The notes under the pieces were generated by a model that was given only the letters and a program-made list of their open reading frames with translations, did not search any database and had not been told where the DNA came from. The position numbers were made by a program, and so were the translations under genes. Shown piece after piece: positions 62,701-63,951 of a stretch of 64,000 nucleotides of DNA; position 1 is the first letter of the stretch, and every line of letters starts with the position of its first letter. Origin of the DNA: Botryllus schlosseri (Eukaryota); assembly GCA_051294905.1 (NCBI GenBank), contig CM119381.1:11904001-11968000 (forward strand), in the 5' to 3' direction.

Positions 62701-63951
62701 TTGCGCTGGCTCACTGAAGTTCGGTTTATCACCATATGGGGGCCCACGACCAACGTTTTGGGGGGCTGACGAAGTGCTGTTACGGCCCGTTATATTACGA
62801 AATTCGGTAAAAATCGAACCCGCCCTTTTATTTCAACCACCCTCCCCCTTTTTTCGGCTGGCTACGGCGAACAGACAGATAGTCCTTGCACCCCTGGCAC
62901 CGTGTCGACCCAAAATTATACCCTTTGCGGTCTATACTTTAATAACCCTTGAAAGGGTAAAATTTGCGTTACTGTAATTTGCAGATGGCAGTCTGTAATG
63001 ATAGTATTTACCACTGTCCTCGTGCCTAGCACTAATCGAACAGGTATTACGGAAGAATTGATGATTGTTTATCGAAAATAAGCAGAAAGTGAATTTAACG
63101 TCATTTTCCCAGCCTCTGACGGGCTGCTATATGTCTGTCACTACACCAGCTTCCAAACCAGGGTTTTCGTTACGTAATAATTATAGTGCGAAAATATCAA
63201 TTCACTACGGCTTGTGAGAGCTACGACTAGTGGTGCGTCGTAAGTTAAACAAGTTTTTTACAATTGCGTCGCAACAACTAAAGTTACACTGCCCTTGAAT
63301 TTCCTATTATGTTTATTTGAAAAGCAATTATTATTCACGATTTTCATTCGCACTCAACCGGGATTTTCATTCGCACCGTTCGCACCACCTTCGTCATTCG
63401 CACTCATCCGGGATTTTCATTCGCACCGTTCGCACCATGTTCGTCATTCGCACTCAAAATTTTTTCATTCGCACCAGTGCGAACCGTCACACAGGTTGAA
63501 AAGCACTGTGCGAGAGAGTTCAATTGAGTGCCTCTCGCATGGATTCCTAGAAATTTACAAAATTGAATAATTAGTCAATTGCATATTGAAGTTCTGTGCC
63601 TCTAAGAGTCTATAGAAATTGATACTGAACGCACCGATGGAAAAAGAAGGCAGTTTGGAGGTAATCTATACCTAATGCTTTCGACTATGCCGCATTCTTT
63701 GTCACTGTACAAGAACTCGTGAGCATGTTAGATATTATGGACAATGCACATCTTGGTGGTAAAAGTGTGAATATCCAACATGTTTTAATACTCCAAGCCA
63801 TTTGACATTGAAAAACTACTCACAATGCTATTTGCACGGCTATATTCCCCGATAGTGCAATTGTTAGGCTCCGTTGTCGAATCGGAACATTCCGAACCTG
63901 CAGGGCACGGCAGGCACACCTGAGTGCCGGCTGCGCCATTGGTATGAGACC
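2681..63951 (-). CDS. Giant cysteine-rich repeat protein (GCC2_GCC3/Ephrin_rec_like-type CxxGxYC repeats), internal fragment: 94 exons, ~4,708 aa, 5' and 3' ends outside the window
   Basis: 94 exons each bounded by AG/GT. All 93 junctions are phase-compatible, and the summed length of 14,124 nt (phase 1 in, phase 1 out) is divisible by 3 with no internal stop seen. Every exon encodes CPxGxYC/CxxCxxG motifs, and N-x-S/T sequons are frequent, suggesting an extracellular glycoprotein (inference). Family call is from motif recognition, not a database search. Confidence 0.93.
2853..3032 (-). CDS. Giant Cys-rich gene, exon 93/94
   Basis: AG/GT; phase 1->1; ASRVEECSVCPPGFWCHKGDPIPDLCPVGHYCSAMNGSCPGG... 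Confidence 0.86.
3517..3721 (-). CDS. Giant Cys-rich gene, exon 92/94
   Basis: AG/GT; phase 0->1; GDCDPGYFCLSRAFSPVADGDITWTYNATQEPCPAFTTCAG... Confidence 0.9.
3850..3974 (-). CDS. Giant Cys-rich gene, exon 91/94
   Basis: AG/GT; phase 1->0; SSAPTLCPNGTYTLPGETGLEDDTMCTPCDAGKYCTGGEIQ. Confidence 0.9.
4429..4548 (-). CDS. Giant Cys-rich gene, exon 90/94
   Basis: AG/GT; phase 1->1; QYQPALGMQDCVLCPAGFYCLKSDTGDQVECPEYHFCPA. Confidence 0.9.
4606..4768 (-). CDS. Giant Cys-rich gene, exon 89/94
   Basis: AG/GT; phase 0->1; GYYCNVPGISTPSGPCNPGYYCPGNTTNTNPNQFRCTVG... Confidence 0.9.
5178..5337 (-). mobile_element. 5'-truncated copy of the SINE at 28557-28904
   Basis: Collinear similarity (ggaaaggacgtagtttattttt...gatgtttttgcggc...cgactcatgata...tacggctttctaagtc.tgcaccaccc...ctatcccagtaatgca); lacks the tRNA head. 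Confidence 0.8.
5719..5930 (-). CDS. Giant Cys-rich gene, exon 88/94
   Basis: AG/GT; phase 1->0; QCDAGYLCEGGSDTKTPNEGFNTTTGRYNGECPAG... Confidence 0.9.
6795..6941 (-). CDS. Giant Cys-rich gene, exon 87/94
   Basis: AG/GT; phase 1->1; FYCPAGVVVAQPCPAGTYRSQSGGTKIGDCTECDPG... Confidence 0.9.
7351..7571 (-). CDS. Giant Cys-rich gene, exon 86/94
   Basis: AG/GT; phase 2->1; FICYGGSVSPEPTDGVTGEPCPAGFYCPAGTPYPIGCDPG... Confidence 0.9.
7760..7925. repeat. Degenerate telomere-like (CC(C)TAA)n array with an opposed GGTT(A)G tract
   Basis: ggttgagggttacggtcaggg followed by aacctaatcctaaaccttaaccctaa...aacctaacctaaccta...aaccaaccctaa. Confidence 0.55.
8098..8296 (-). CDS. Giant Cys-rich gene, exon 85/94
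   Basis: AG/GT; phase 1->2; EFLGNGLCPTGYFCPGGSSQPEPCKAGTFSQIPGQRNESGC... Confidence 0.88.
8625..8747 (-). CDS. Giant Cys-rich gene, exon 84/94
   Basis: AG/GT; phase 1->1; MHCSDSPSVDPSGPCDPGFFCSGGAGDSAPLNETITVTIS. Confidence 0.88.
8806..8940 (-). CDS. Giant Cys-rich gene, exon 83/94
   Basis: AG/GT; phase 1->1; NLDPEPCPRGYYCLLGQSPIPCAPGTYNNVSGAQLASQC... Confidence 0.9.
9658..9867 (-). CDS. Giant Cys-rich gene, exon 82/94
   Basis: AG/GT; phase 1->1; GGANETAQCQANYYCPGGDATSSLICSVNHFCPEG... Confidence 0.9.
9928..10127 (+). mobile_element. 3' half of the GACTC/GAGTC-rich hAT MITE family (reference copy 38647-39139)
   Basis: Shares tttgatagacga.ataccaataatgt.gtgact...gaagttaca..gaaatgtctgtcttggccgtcctagtctcg and the terminus gact(c/t)gagtcatt(g/a)caa(c/a)cctg. 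Confidence 0.7.
10587..10741 (-). CDS. Giant Cys-rich gene, exon 81/94
   Basis: AG/GT; phase 2->1; TVADQNICPPGFFCEEGSPFPEACPPGTFSPSYGNENDTYC... Confidence 0.9.
10765..12194. mobile_element. Non-autonomous piggyBac-like DNA element (1,430 bp)
   Basis: TTAA at 10761-64 and 12195-98; imperfect ~22-bp TIRs starting CCCTTTG (ccctttgtaaccggccggccta / revcomp ccctttgcgaccggcggtcta); no transposase ORF. Confidence 0.75.
12296..12367. repeat. 72-nt hairpin (32-bp arms, 3 mismatches, 8-nt loop)
   Basis: ttcatattgaaatgaaaccgactattttcggc-tgacattc-gccgaaaatattcgggttcatttcaatgtgaa; partial relative near 19338-19375. Confidence 0.8.
12460..12583 (-). CDS. Giant Cys-rich gene, exon 80/94
   Basis: AG/GT; phase 1->2; YYCPAGTPKPIACDAGWYCPFYGHDAPYRRCKAGYYCLSG. 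Confidence 0.9.
12643..12704 (-). CDS. Giant Cys-rich gene, exon 79/94
   Basis: AG/GT; phase 2->1; GYYDCVCPSLLESTAGICEP. Confidence 0.86.
13191..13368 (-). CDS. Giant Cys-rich gene, exon 78/94
   Basis: AG/GT; phase 1->2; QSDPSCEPCLPGQYCEGVANTIPDGNCTAGYFCTLG... Confidence 0.88.
13467..13589 (-). CDS. Giant Cys-rich gene, exon 77/94
   Basis: AG/GT; phase 1->1; TYCDGGTVDLVDCSPGYYCLLGTTSEFEYPCPAGSYNSKT. Confidence 0.9.
13802..13919 (-). CDS. Giant Cys-rich gene, exon 76/94
   Basis: AG/GT; phase 0->1; GSGGPCPRGSECPGGLAVPCDPGTHQANEGQSSCATCPQ. Confidence 0.9.
14144..14310 (-). CDS. Giant Cys-rich gene, exon 75/94
   Basis: AG/GT; phase 1->0; TFNPRLGLSQESDCTQCTAGYYCLIGSSNETDRCDPG... Confidence 0.9.
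14372..14635 (-). CDS. Giant Cys-rich gene, exon 74/94
   Basis: AG/GT; phase 1->1; PCAAGYYCNGGADNPEQNICQPGYYCPEDSSAPTPCEDG... Confidence 0.9.
14697..14795 (-). CDS. Giant Cys-rich gene, exon 73/94
   Basis: AG/GT; phase 1->1; TYNPNLQKPDFSDCISCDPKKFCQGTGLSNYT. Confidence 0.9.
15116..15235 (-). CDS. Giant Cys-rich gene, exon 72/94
   Basis: AG/GT; phase 1->1; FYCSGNSTQPDPIGGIFGDQCDRGHYCPLNSSSPTPCPA. Confidence 0.9.
15915..15938. repeat. (CT)12 microsatellite
   Basis: Direct reading of the sequence. Confidence 0.95.
16186..16347 (-). CDS. Giant Cys-rich gene, exon 71/94
   Basis: AG/GT; phase 1->1; YYCEAGSYEPTPCPEGSYGDAAKLGSVDECRGCDPG... Confidence 0.9.
16410..16517 (-). CDS. Giant Cys-rich gene, exon 70/94
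   Basis: AG/GT; phase 1->1; YYCDETNLTAVVDVCYAGYYCPPESSSPMQEDCPQ. Confidence 0.9.
17332..17517 (-). CDS. Giant Cys-rich gene, exon 69/94
   Basis: AG/GT; phase 1->1; SYCDYNEARNDGHLGVVSPVICPAGFYCPLGTNYSSEYPC... Confidence 0.9.
17589..17751 (-). CDS. Giant Cys-rich gene, exon 68/94
   Basis: AG/GT; phase 0->1; AGYYCLPGSTEVAPPSGLCPNGTACPTQSPNYVPCYSG... Confidence 0.9.
18271..18380 (-). CDS. Giant Cys-rich gene, exon 67/94
   Basis: AG/GT; phase 1->0; FYSSERGNHNSSDCMLCTAGFACPSPETVIPTEQCQ. Confidence 0.9.
18441..18614 (-). CDS. Giant Cys-rich gene, exon 66/94
   Basis: AG/GT; phase 1->1; CYCDSDELFNVSGPCQAGHYCTNGSTEIAPIGEDYGDICPKG... Confidence 0.9.
18757..18917 (-). CDS. Giant Cys-rich gene, exon 65/94
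   Basis: AG/GT; phase 2->1; YCSLGSWMYKPVVVGSGSDILNCVCPVEDGIGGRCLAG... Confidence 0.9.
19495..19591 (-). CDS. Giant Cys-rich gene, exon 64/94
   Basis: AG/GT; phase 1->2; GTGPESCQYCWPGWYCPDRGMDYPKGKCAPG. Confidence 0.9.
19649..19895 (-). CDS. Giant Cys-rich gene, exon 63/94
   Basis: AG/GT; phase 0->1; ATATGGPCPPGSYCPAGSSRSYACDGGSYAPNATMKEC... Confidence 0.9.
20912..21099 (-). CDS. Giant Cys-rich gene, exon 62/94
   Basis: AG/GT; phase 1->0; TGEPEPCLSGTFNNVTMRTKADDCVSCRHGMFCEDS... Confidence 0.9.
21293..21403 (-). CDS. Giant Cys-rich gene, exon 61/94
   Basis: AG/GT; phase 1->1; ACDAGYFCRNGSDSRQPSGGNVGDAGICPSGYYCPN. Confidence 0.9.
21466..21625 (-). CDS. Giant Cys-rich gene, exon 60/94
   Basis: AG/GT; phase 0->1; VCPQGYFCPPGFGEAQACPRGTYGDTSGLTSQDECRLCDPG... 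Confidence 0.9.
21708..21853 (-). CDS. Giant Cys-rich gene, exon 59/94
   Basis: AG/GT; phase 1->0; FPCPAGYQCPEGSPDPLPCPLGYFTNLDLQSNCTECSAG... Confidence 0.9.
22086..22214 (-). CDS. Giant Cys-rich gene, exon 58/94
   Basis: AG/GT; phase 1->1; AENVGYCADCTGGMYCDTPGRIEPTGNCTAGYYCPEG... Confidence 0.88.
22353..22492 (-). CDS. Giant Cys-rich gene, exon 57/94
   Basis: AG/GT; phase 2->1; SYCTLGAVIPNPRDGVTGDICPPGKYCETGTTTPDLCPAG... Confidence 0.9.
22740..23290 (+). mobile_element. Decayed Penelope-like relic (GIY-YIG C-terminus plus 3' UTR with mutated hammerhead)
   Basis: 22941-23039 translates FHLSVLESKIMKLNIQSLL*QKEFLYILKISQ*, versus FHLTALESTFIKLNNPVLCRQKEFLYNLKISH* in the young copy; ttatcgtgccg...ctcttgataaggggcacacagaa at 23215-23252. 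Confidence 0.8.
23446..23708 (-). CDS. Giant Cys-rich gene, exon 56/94
   Basis: AG/GT; phase 0->2; SYCEPCPEGYYCQSISGGIESGVPAPVECVQGYYCPPG... Confidence 0.9.
24043..24227 (-). CDS. Giant Cys-rich gene, exon 55/94
   Basis: AG/GT; phase 1->0; YFCYAGSANETGQCDPGFYCPPGQNTSSPVDFACPRG... Confidence 0.9.
24826..24938 (-). CDS. Giant Cys-rich gene, exon 54/94
   Basis: AG/GT; phase 2->1; AGYYCENGTDVPTPCPSGSYSGSRYNKMEDDCDPCTA. Confidence 0.9.
25092..25643. mobile_element. hAT-type fold-back MITE with ~160-bp imperfect TIRs
   Basis: Ends tagggttgttgaaaaac.../...tttttgaacaacgcta; 8-bp TSD atgctcat/attctcat; fragments of the same family near 16660 and 55270. Confidence 0.75.
25707..25830 (-). CDS. Giant Cys-rich gene, exon 53/94
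   Basis: AG/GT; phase 1->2; EFCETDELGADTSGQCAAGYYCSGASSSDMPTDGVTGDAC. Confidence 0.9.
26130..26249 (-). CDS. Giant Cys-rich gene, exon 52/94
   Basis: AG/GT; phase 1->1; ANETSCLCPVNDSLTSTGGRCTAGYHCPEGSSAPLPCPP. Confidence 0.9.
26518..26643 (-). CDS. Giant Cys-rich gene, exon 51/94
   Basis: AG/GT; phase 1->1; FYCDGEGRSTTGAPCAAGWYCTSCAYSNKPSDPTSSSTVII. Confidence 0.9.
26836..27686 (+). mobile_element. hAT deletion derivative retaining the transposase C-terminal dimerization region
   Basis: Perfect 8-bp TSD ctaataaa (26828-35, 27687-94); TIR t(g/a)gggcg(a/t)ttttttt; frameshifted remnant GSYIKKRLMKKCDVDTILRMK...QPTTAAVERSFSILGKFLTADRHFL. Confidence 0.85.
27732..27898 (-). CDS. Giant Cys-rich gene, exon 50/94
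   Basis: AG/GT; phase 2->1; YYCPQNSSTYEGKECPVGHYCPNGTTDQFEFPCPPG... Confidence 0.9.
28026..28165 (-). CDS. Giant Cys-rich gene, exon 49/94
   Basis: AG/GT; phase 0->2; IPVADETGGPCPRGQQCPPGTATPQPCPGGTYNDLEG... Confidence 0.87.
28222..28332 (-). CDS. Giant Cys-rich gene, exon 48/94
   Basis: AG/GT; phase 0->0; ENCTLCDPGMYCLEGSSEPTGNCSGGYYCVLGAKTDK. Confidence 0.9.
28557..28904 (-). mobile_element. Full-length tRNA-derived SINE (possibly Meta-domain type)
   Basis: Pol III A box TAGCGTAATGG (28884-94) and B box GGTTCGATCCC (28840-50); body gggtcataccgaagac...cttccctgcttggcgatcatgcatta; 3' tail of (CCTT/CCTTT)n; second truncated copy at 5178-5337. Confidence 0.85.
29085..29191 (-). CDS. Giant Cys-rich gene, exon 47/94
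   Basis: AG/GT; phase 1->0; PNGKCSPGYYCPEGATIEVPCEAGTYSREEGLVAQ. Confidence 0.88.
29243..29700 (-). mobile_element. Decayed Penelope-like relic, sense to the host, hammerhead cut off at the core
   Basis: Minus translation GKVGL*LHEMHSKH (cf. GRTSQRLLERIKQH) and GVHDLFKLHC...VCSRAKFSALESQFLK (cf. GQHLIDNPSC...VLSRGR...ALESTFIK); UTR motif tatcc.cttatcgtgcc...caactcttga, then homology ends. Confidence 0.62.
29789..30004 (-). CDS. Giant Cys-rich gene, exon 46/94
   Basis: AG/GT; phase 1->1; FYCEEGTGYDWKSCPPGRYGQSNMLANSTDCAACEAG... Confidence 0.9.
30721..30846 (-). CDS. Giant Cys-rich gene, exon 45/94
   Basis: AG/GT; phase 1->1; TGTPFTCDPGTFSPTVQAETCMPCPAGTYCINGIDLLPCPQ. Confidence 0.9.
30902..30972 (-). 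CDS. Giant Cys-rich gene, exon 44/94
   Basis: AG/GT; phase 2->1; FYCPGRDESPESNNCTIGHYCPE. Confidence 0.88.
31406..31550 (-). CDS. Giant Cys-rich gene, exon 43/94
   Basis: AG/GT; phase 1->2; VANPVPCQRGTFNNQTGKEYSGQCEDCTPGYYCDETG... Confidence 0.9.
31657..31770 (-). CDS. Giant Cys-rich gene, exon 42/94
   Basis: AG/GT; phase 1->1; TQINCEGGYWCIGGAVVPNPEDGVTGEPCPKGKYCNA. Confidence 0.9.
32614..32823 (-). CDS. Giant Cys-rich gene, exon 41/94
   Basis: AG/GT; phase 1->1; YYCDRSDGPISDYTLYDCPLGYYCPEGTRMMNEFGCPNG... Confidence 0.9.
33597..33749 (-). CDS. Giant Cys-rich gene, exon 40/94
   Basis: AG/GT; phase 1->1; FYCMSGSSSPQEQACQPGYFCPTKSPDQVLCDSGFYQDESQKSDC... Confidence 0.9.
33933..34082 (-). CDS. 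Giant Cys-rich gene, exon 39/94
   Basis: AG/GT; phase 1->1; AGTQNPEPCPVRTFGNETGLGARTDCHDCTAGYYCNEL... Confidence 0.9.
34490..34606 (-). CDS. Giant Cys-rich gene, exon 38/94
   Basis: AG/GT; phase 1->1; MTAVGPLCEAGYYCNGSATRPDPEDGVSGNFCPEGYFC. Confidence 0.9.
34932..35108 (-). CDS. Giant Cys-rich gene, exon 37/94
   Basis: AG/GT; phase 1->1; FYCLVNVSTPTPSGYGNFTDGSEICPTANGGECPVGFYC... Confidence 0.9.
35165..35314 (-). CDS. Giant Cys-rich gene, exon 36/94
   Basis: AG/GT; phase 1->1; TRSSTEFPCLPGTYGTEPMLGSADQCRPCDPGKFCDGSG... Confidence 0.9.
35851..36057 (-). CDS. Giant Cys-rich gene, exon 35/94
   Basis: AG/GT; phase 1->1; LIKEGGDVCPVGSYCPGNTPEPMPCPPGGYSNLTQLAICTEC... Confidence 0.9.
36191..36329 (-). 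CDS. Giant Cys-rich gene, exon 34/94
   Basis: AG/GT; phase 0->1; TGNSAMSDCDECDPGKYCPNKGQTASELDCNPGFYCTGG... Confidence 0.9.
36983..37115 (-). CDS. Giant Cys-rich gene, exon 33/94
   Basis: AG/GT; phase 2->0; SGVNTSEPGSSPSTGDGGLCPPGHYCGVGTGEPEGCPKGTYSNA. Confidence 0.9.
37286..37352 (-). CDS. Giant Cys-rich gene, exon 32/94
   Basis: AG/GT; phase 1->2; YYCDGEANVYPTKLCAASYYC. Confidence 0.88.
38038..38178 (-). CDS. Giant Cys-rich gene, exon 31/94
   Basis: AG/GT; phase 1->1; YQNLTTCPMGYYCPVGTGNDPEPCPGGTFKNTTGG... Confidence 0.9.
38243..38440 (-). CDS. Giant Cys-rich gene, exon 30/94
   Basis: AG/GT; phase 1->1; FYCTGGADTAGGVPIAGQDFWGAECFAGYRCPTG... Confidence 0.9.
38647..39139. mobile_element. 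hAT-type MITE rich in GACTC/GAGTC palindromic motifs
   Basis: TIR ca(t/g)ggttgcaat; degenerate 8-bp TSD acttccac/gcttctac; related fragments near 9928-10400, 23830-24025, 40260-40320 and 48920-49080. Confidence 0.72.
39682..39795 (-). CDS. Giant Cys-rich gene, exon 29/94
   Basis: AG/GT; phase 1->1; TYNNTMSTDQGNCSVCPPGRVCSVAGLPEPDGDCAA. Confidence 0.9.
40405..40567 (-). CDS. Giant Cys-rich gene, exon 28/94
   Basis: AG/GT; phase 0->1; RGLDATEGPCEAGYYCDARGSNTSIPDESSEFGGPCPKG... Confidence 0.9.
40676..40753 (-). CDS. Giant Cys-rich gene, exon 27/94
   Basis: AG/GT; phase 0->0; GTYNPVEGSEEEEACMLCEIGYYCSK. Confidence 0.88.
41381..41529 (-). CDS. Giant Cys-rich gene, exon 26/94
   Basis: AG/GT; phase 1->0; TYGPSAALPECIACPPGQYCNTTGIVDPPLCPPGHYC... 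Confidence 0.9.
42206..42400 (-). CDS. Giant Cys-rich gene, exon 25/94
   Basis: AG/GT; phase 1->1; AISPDNCTLCEAGSFCSGASGTNVTGPCDPGYYCIGG... Confidence 0.9.
42533..42641 (-). CDS. Giant Cys-rich gene, exon 24/94
   Basis: AG/GT; phase 0->1; TPNDSITGDICTRGGYCEQGSAYPSPCPPGLISNYE. Confidence 0.9.
42810..43400 (+). mobile_element. Second, TIR-less copy of the hAT transposase-remnant element
   Basis: Collinear with 26870-27590; KLKQDYVGIGSYIKKRMMKGCDVDNIVRMK...QPTTAAVERSFTILGQLLSKDRHVLPENVEK*. Confidence 0.78.
43673..44502. mobile_element. hAT-type MITE (830 bp)
   Basis: 16-bp TIR cagtggtcgggatcct / revcomp cagaagtcgggaacct; perfect 8-bp TSD atgtaatg; repeated subterminal ATGGCTCT. Confidence 0.82.
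44962..45681. mobile_element. hAT-type MITE (720 bp)
   Basis: TIR caaggttttggagc / revcomp cagtgctttggagc; TSD gttttgac/gtttcgac; subterminal GGAGC repeats; internal ~28-bp tandem duplication near 45495-45550. Confidence 0.72.
45785..46130 (+). mobile_element. Penelope pLTR relic(s) with decayed hammerhead remnants
   Basis: cacacggaaagtctttgaggcaaataaata (~45788-45817) matches the 3' half of the ribozyme; caactcttgataagggcacacagaaa (46074-46099) matches the 5' half; tatgactaccgcagagt is shared with the 23110 region. Confidence 0.6.
46185..46382 (-). CDS. Giant Cys-rich gene, exon 23/94
   Basis: AG/GT; phase 0->0; GRYCPPGTSNVLPACKPGTYGNSTGLKTSSECTPCTGG... Confidence 0.9.
46855..47037 (-). 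CDS. Giant Cys-rich gene, exon 22/94
   Basis: AG/GT; phase 0->0; EGDCPGGYYCPEGTGPPDSYPCPAGTYLNGSAAVSSSSCAEC... Confidence 0.9.
47959..48081 (-). CDS. Giant Cys-rich gene, exon 21/94
   Basis: AG/GT; phase 0->0; HAYPQPCPIETYSDKTGLEAESNCTFCTEGKYCNAENLTAP. Confidence 0.88.
48143..48334 (-). CDS. Giant Cys-rich gene, exon 20/94
   Basis: AG/GT; phase 0->0; DIGASECTVCEAGFYCDTNTTSRQQMELFKYCPAGMHC...CPRGDQ. Confidence 0.9.
48535..48658 (-). CDS. Giant Cys-rich gene, exon 19/94
   Basis: AG/GT; phase 2->0; GTFNADTSSLDDSACTTCPDGYYCPDNGTEEEVPCGRGYYS. Confidence 0.9.
49799..49940 (-). CDS. Giant Cys-rich gene, exon 18/94
   Basis: AG/GT; phase 1->2; TKSNTSFPCSAGSFSNQTGNVRWEDCDDCPAGFYCDEG... Confidence 0.9.
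50935..51159 (-). CDS. Giant Cys-rich gene, exon 17/94
   Basis: AG/GT; phase 1->1; TGGTNLRPKSCAEGHYCPNGTATADEHPCPAGSWSNQT... Confidence 0.9.
51217..51347 (-). CDS. Giant Cys-rich gene, exon 16/94
   Basis: AG/GT; phase 2->1; HYCPLGTALPDENPCNAGTYTNFQNATSQDDCSLCPERYYCEA. Confidence 0.9.
52021..52213 (-). CDS. Giant Cys-rich gene, exon 15/94
   Basis: AG/GT; phase 1->2 using TTTCAG acceptor; REECVDCQSGHYCPAGTASPIPCSNGTFNSRTGQG... Confidence 0.85.
53240..53350 (-). CDS. Giant Cys-rich gene, exon 14/94
   Basis: AG/GT; phase 1->1; SETDKVPCPRGHYCNSGVATPRACDPGTYTPQQGAE. Confidence 0.9.
53417..53608 (-). CDS. Giant Cys-rich gene, exon 13/94
   Basis: AG/GT; phase 1->1; YFCPEGTKGLPGAMYLCPRGHFCPKNTENAQDEPCPAG... 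Confidence 0.87.
53738..53851 (-). CDS. Giant Cys-rich gene, exon 12/94
   Basis: AG/GT; phase 1->1; YYCGVGATVTTYQLCPAGTYGSKAGLTAVGDCMNCPP. Confidence 0.9.
54678..54788 (-). CDS. Giant Cys-rich gene, exon 11/94
   Basis: AG/GT; phase 1->1; TYSTQGSTTGCQDCTAGYLCPAGSTSPTPSDHECPL. Confidence 0.9.
55651..55822 (-). CDS. Giant Cys-rich gene, exon 10/94
   Basis: AG/GT; phase 0->1; ECTICPAGKECGKTDGTANSDCDPGYYSGKG... Confidence 0.9.
55884..56075 (-). CDS. Giant Cys-rich gene, exon 9/94
   Basis: AG/GT; phase 0->0 (donor GTTTGT chosen because the nearby GTAATA breaks frame); SCTRCPPGYECTDKEGAMTACIPGFYSTGG... Confidence 0.87.
56669..56794 (-). CDS. Giant Cys-rich gene, exon 8/94
   Basis: AG/GT; phase 0->0; GYFSEDRATLCSECSAGSYCPDSSQNLIIECVDGYYSSPGAT. 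Confidence 0.9.
56935..57290 (+). mobile_element. Decayed Penelope-like relic retaining an intact hammerhead
   Basis: From 56975: LE*TFIQLTNPI*SKQQDFLHIFRISY, versus LESTFIKLNNPVLCRQKEFLYNLKISH; followed by a UTR and ribozyme. Confidence 0.78.
57235..57275 (+). ncRNA. Minimal type I hammerhead ribozyme (U3-A8 variant)
   Basis: Perfect 7-bp stem I ATAACTC/GAGTTAT; core TTGATAA(57242-48); G57249-C57257 stem II; GAA; stem III AAG-g-CTT; C17=57268. Confidence 0.75.
57538..57734 (-). CDS. Giant Cys-rich gene, exon 7/94
   Basis: AG/GT; phase 1->0; TYSMGKATFCQTCPAGQACPKNDEGPSVTCGGG... Confidence 0.9.
58285..58408 (-). CDS. Giant Cys-rich gene, exon 6/94
   Basis: AG/GT; phase 0->1; GIVEACDPGTYSPEGVLNCTDCPAGSFCPYTDEAYVQACPQ. 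Confidence 0.9.
58654..58744 (-). CDS. Giant Cys-rich gene, exon 5/94
   Basis: AG/GT; phase 2->0; TAPVDCADGSYVPAGSATCVACPGGASCIG. Confidence 0.88.
58835..59190. repeat. Degenerate ~40-bp minisatellite, about 8-9 units
   Basis: Recurrent gcaaaatctcgcaaaagagaatatttataggaagttcctg-like units fill most of the 450-bp intron. Confidence 0.7.
59195..59318 (-). CDS. Giant Cys-rich gene, exon 4/94
   Basis: AG/GT; phase 1->2; YKCPTPDVAPQKCASGTTTDGLTGQTECRTCPDGKTCSDP. Confidence 0.9.
59869..59992 (-). CDS. Giant Cys-rich gene, exon 3/94
   Basis: AG/GT; phase 0->1; GDVRCSSCPSGSNCSEGAILGPCATGEYSLEGNGTCHACPV. Confidence 0.9.
60730..60912 (-). CDS. Giant Cys-rich gene, exon 2/94
   Basis: AG/GT; phase 0->0; SCISCEAGFHCSDPAAGPVACDPGSYSTAGEVECQPCPAG... 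Confidence 0.9.
61697..61850. repeat. ~50-bp tandem repeat x3 inside the hAT element
   Basis: aatcgcatct...ttggc...gcacgatatcatcgctggtct.cac units start at 61697, 61748 and 61798. Confidence 0.8.
62099..62790. mobile_element. hAT-type MITE nested inside the 61206-63508 element
   Basis: TIR cagggccgtaac / revcomp acgggccgtaac; perfect 8-bp TSD tatattac (62091-98, 62791-98). Confidence 0.85.
63824..63951 (-). CDS. Giant Cys-rich gene, in-window exon 1/94
   Basis: AG/GT; phase 1->0; SHTNGAAGTQVCLPCPAGSECSDSTTEPNNCTIGEYSRANSI. Confidence 0.9.

Larger units (their letters stand above)
61206..63508. mobile_element. Non-autonomous hAT element (2,303 bp) with TTCGCAC subterminal arrays
   Basis: Perfect 16-bp TIR CAGTGCTTTTCAACCT; perfect 8-bp TSD tgcgagag (61198-205, 63509-16); TTCGCAC occurs twice at the left end and 8 times plus one inverted copy at the right end. 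Confidence 0.9.

Noticed and set aside
63340-63485. CRISPR-like short repeats with spacers
   Set aside because: Eukaryotic intron. The 7-11-bp motifs are subterminal repeats within a TIR/TSD-bounded hAT element, the spacers are themselves duplicated, and there are no cas genes.
308-63570. Remaining short six-frame ORFs on the + strand and off-frame - strand ORFs
   Set aside because: They are antisense or alternative-frame shadows of GC-richer exons, or random intronic ORFs. I found no consistent plus-strand exon chain.
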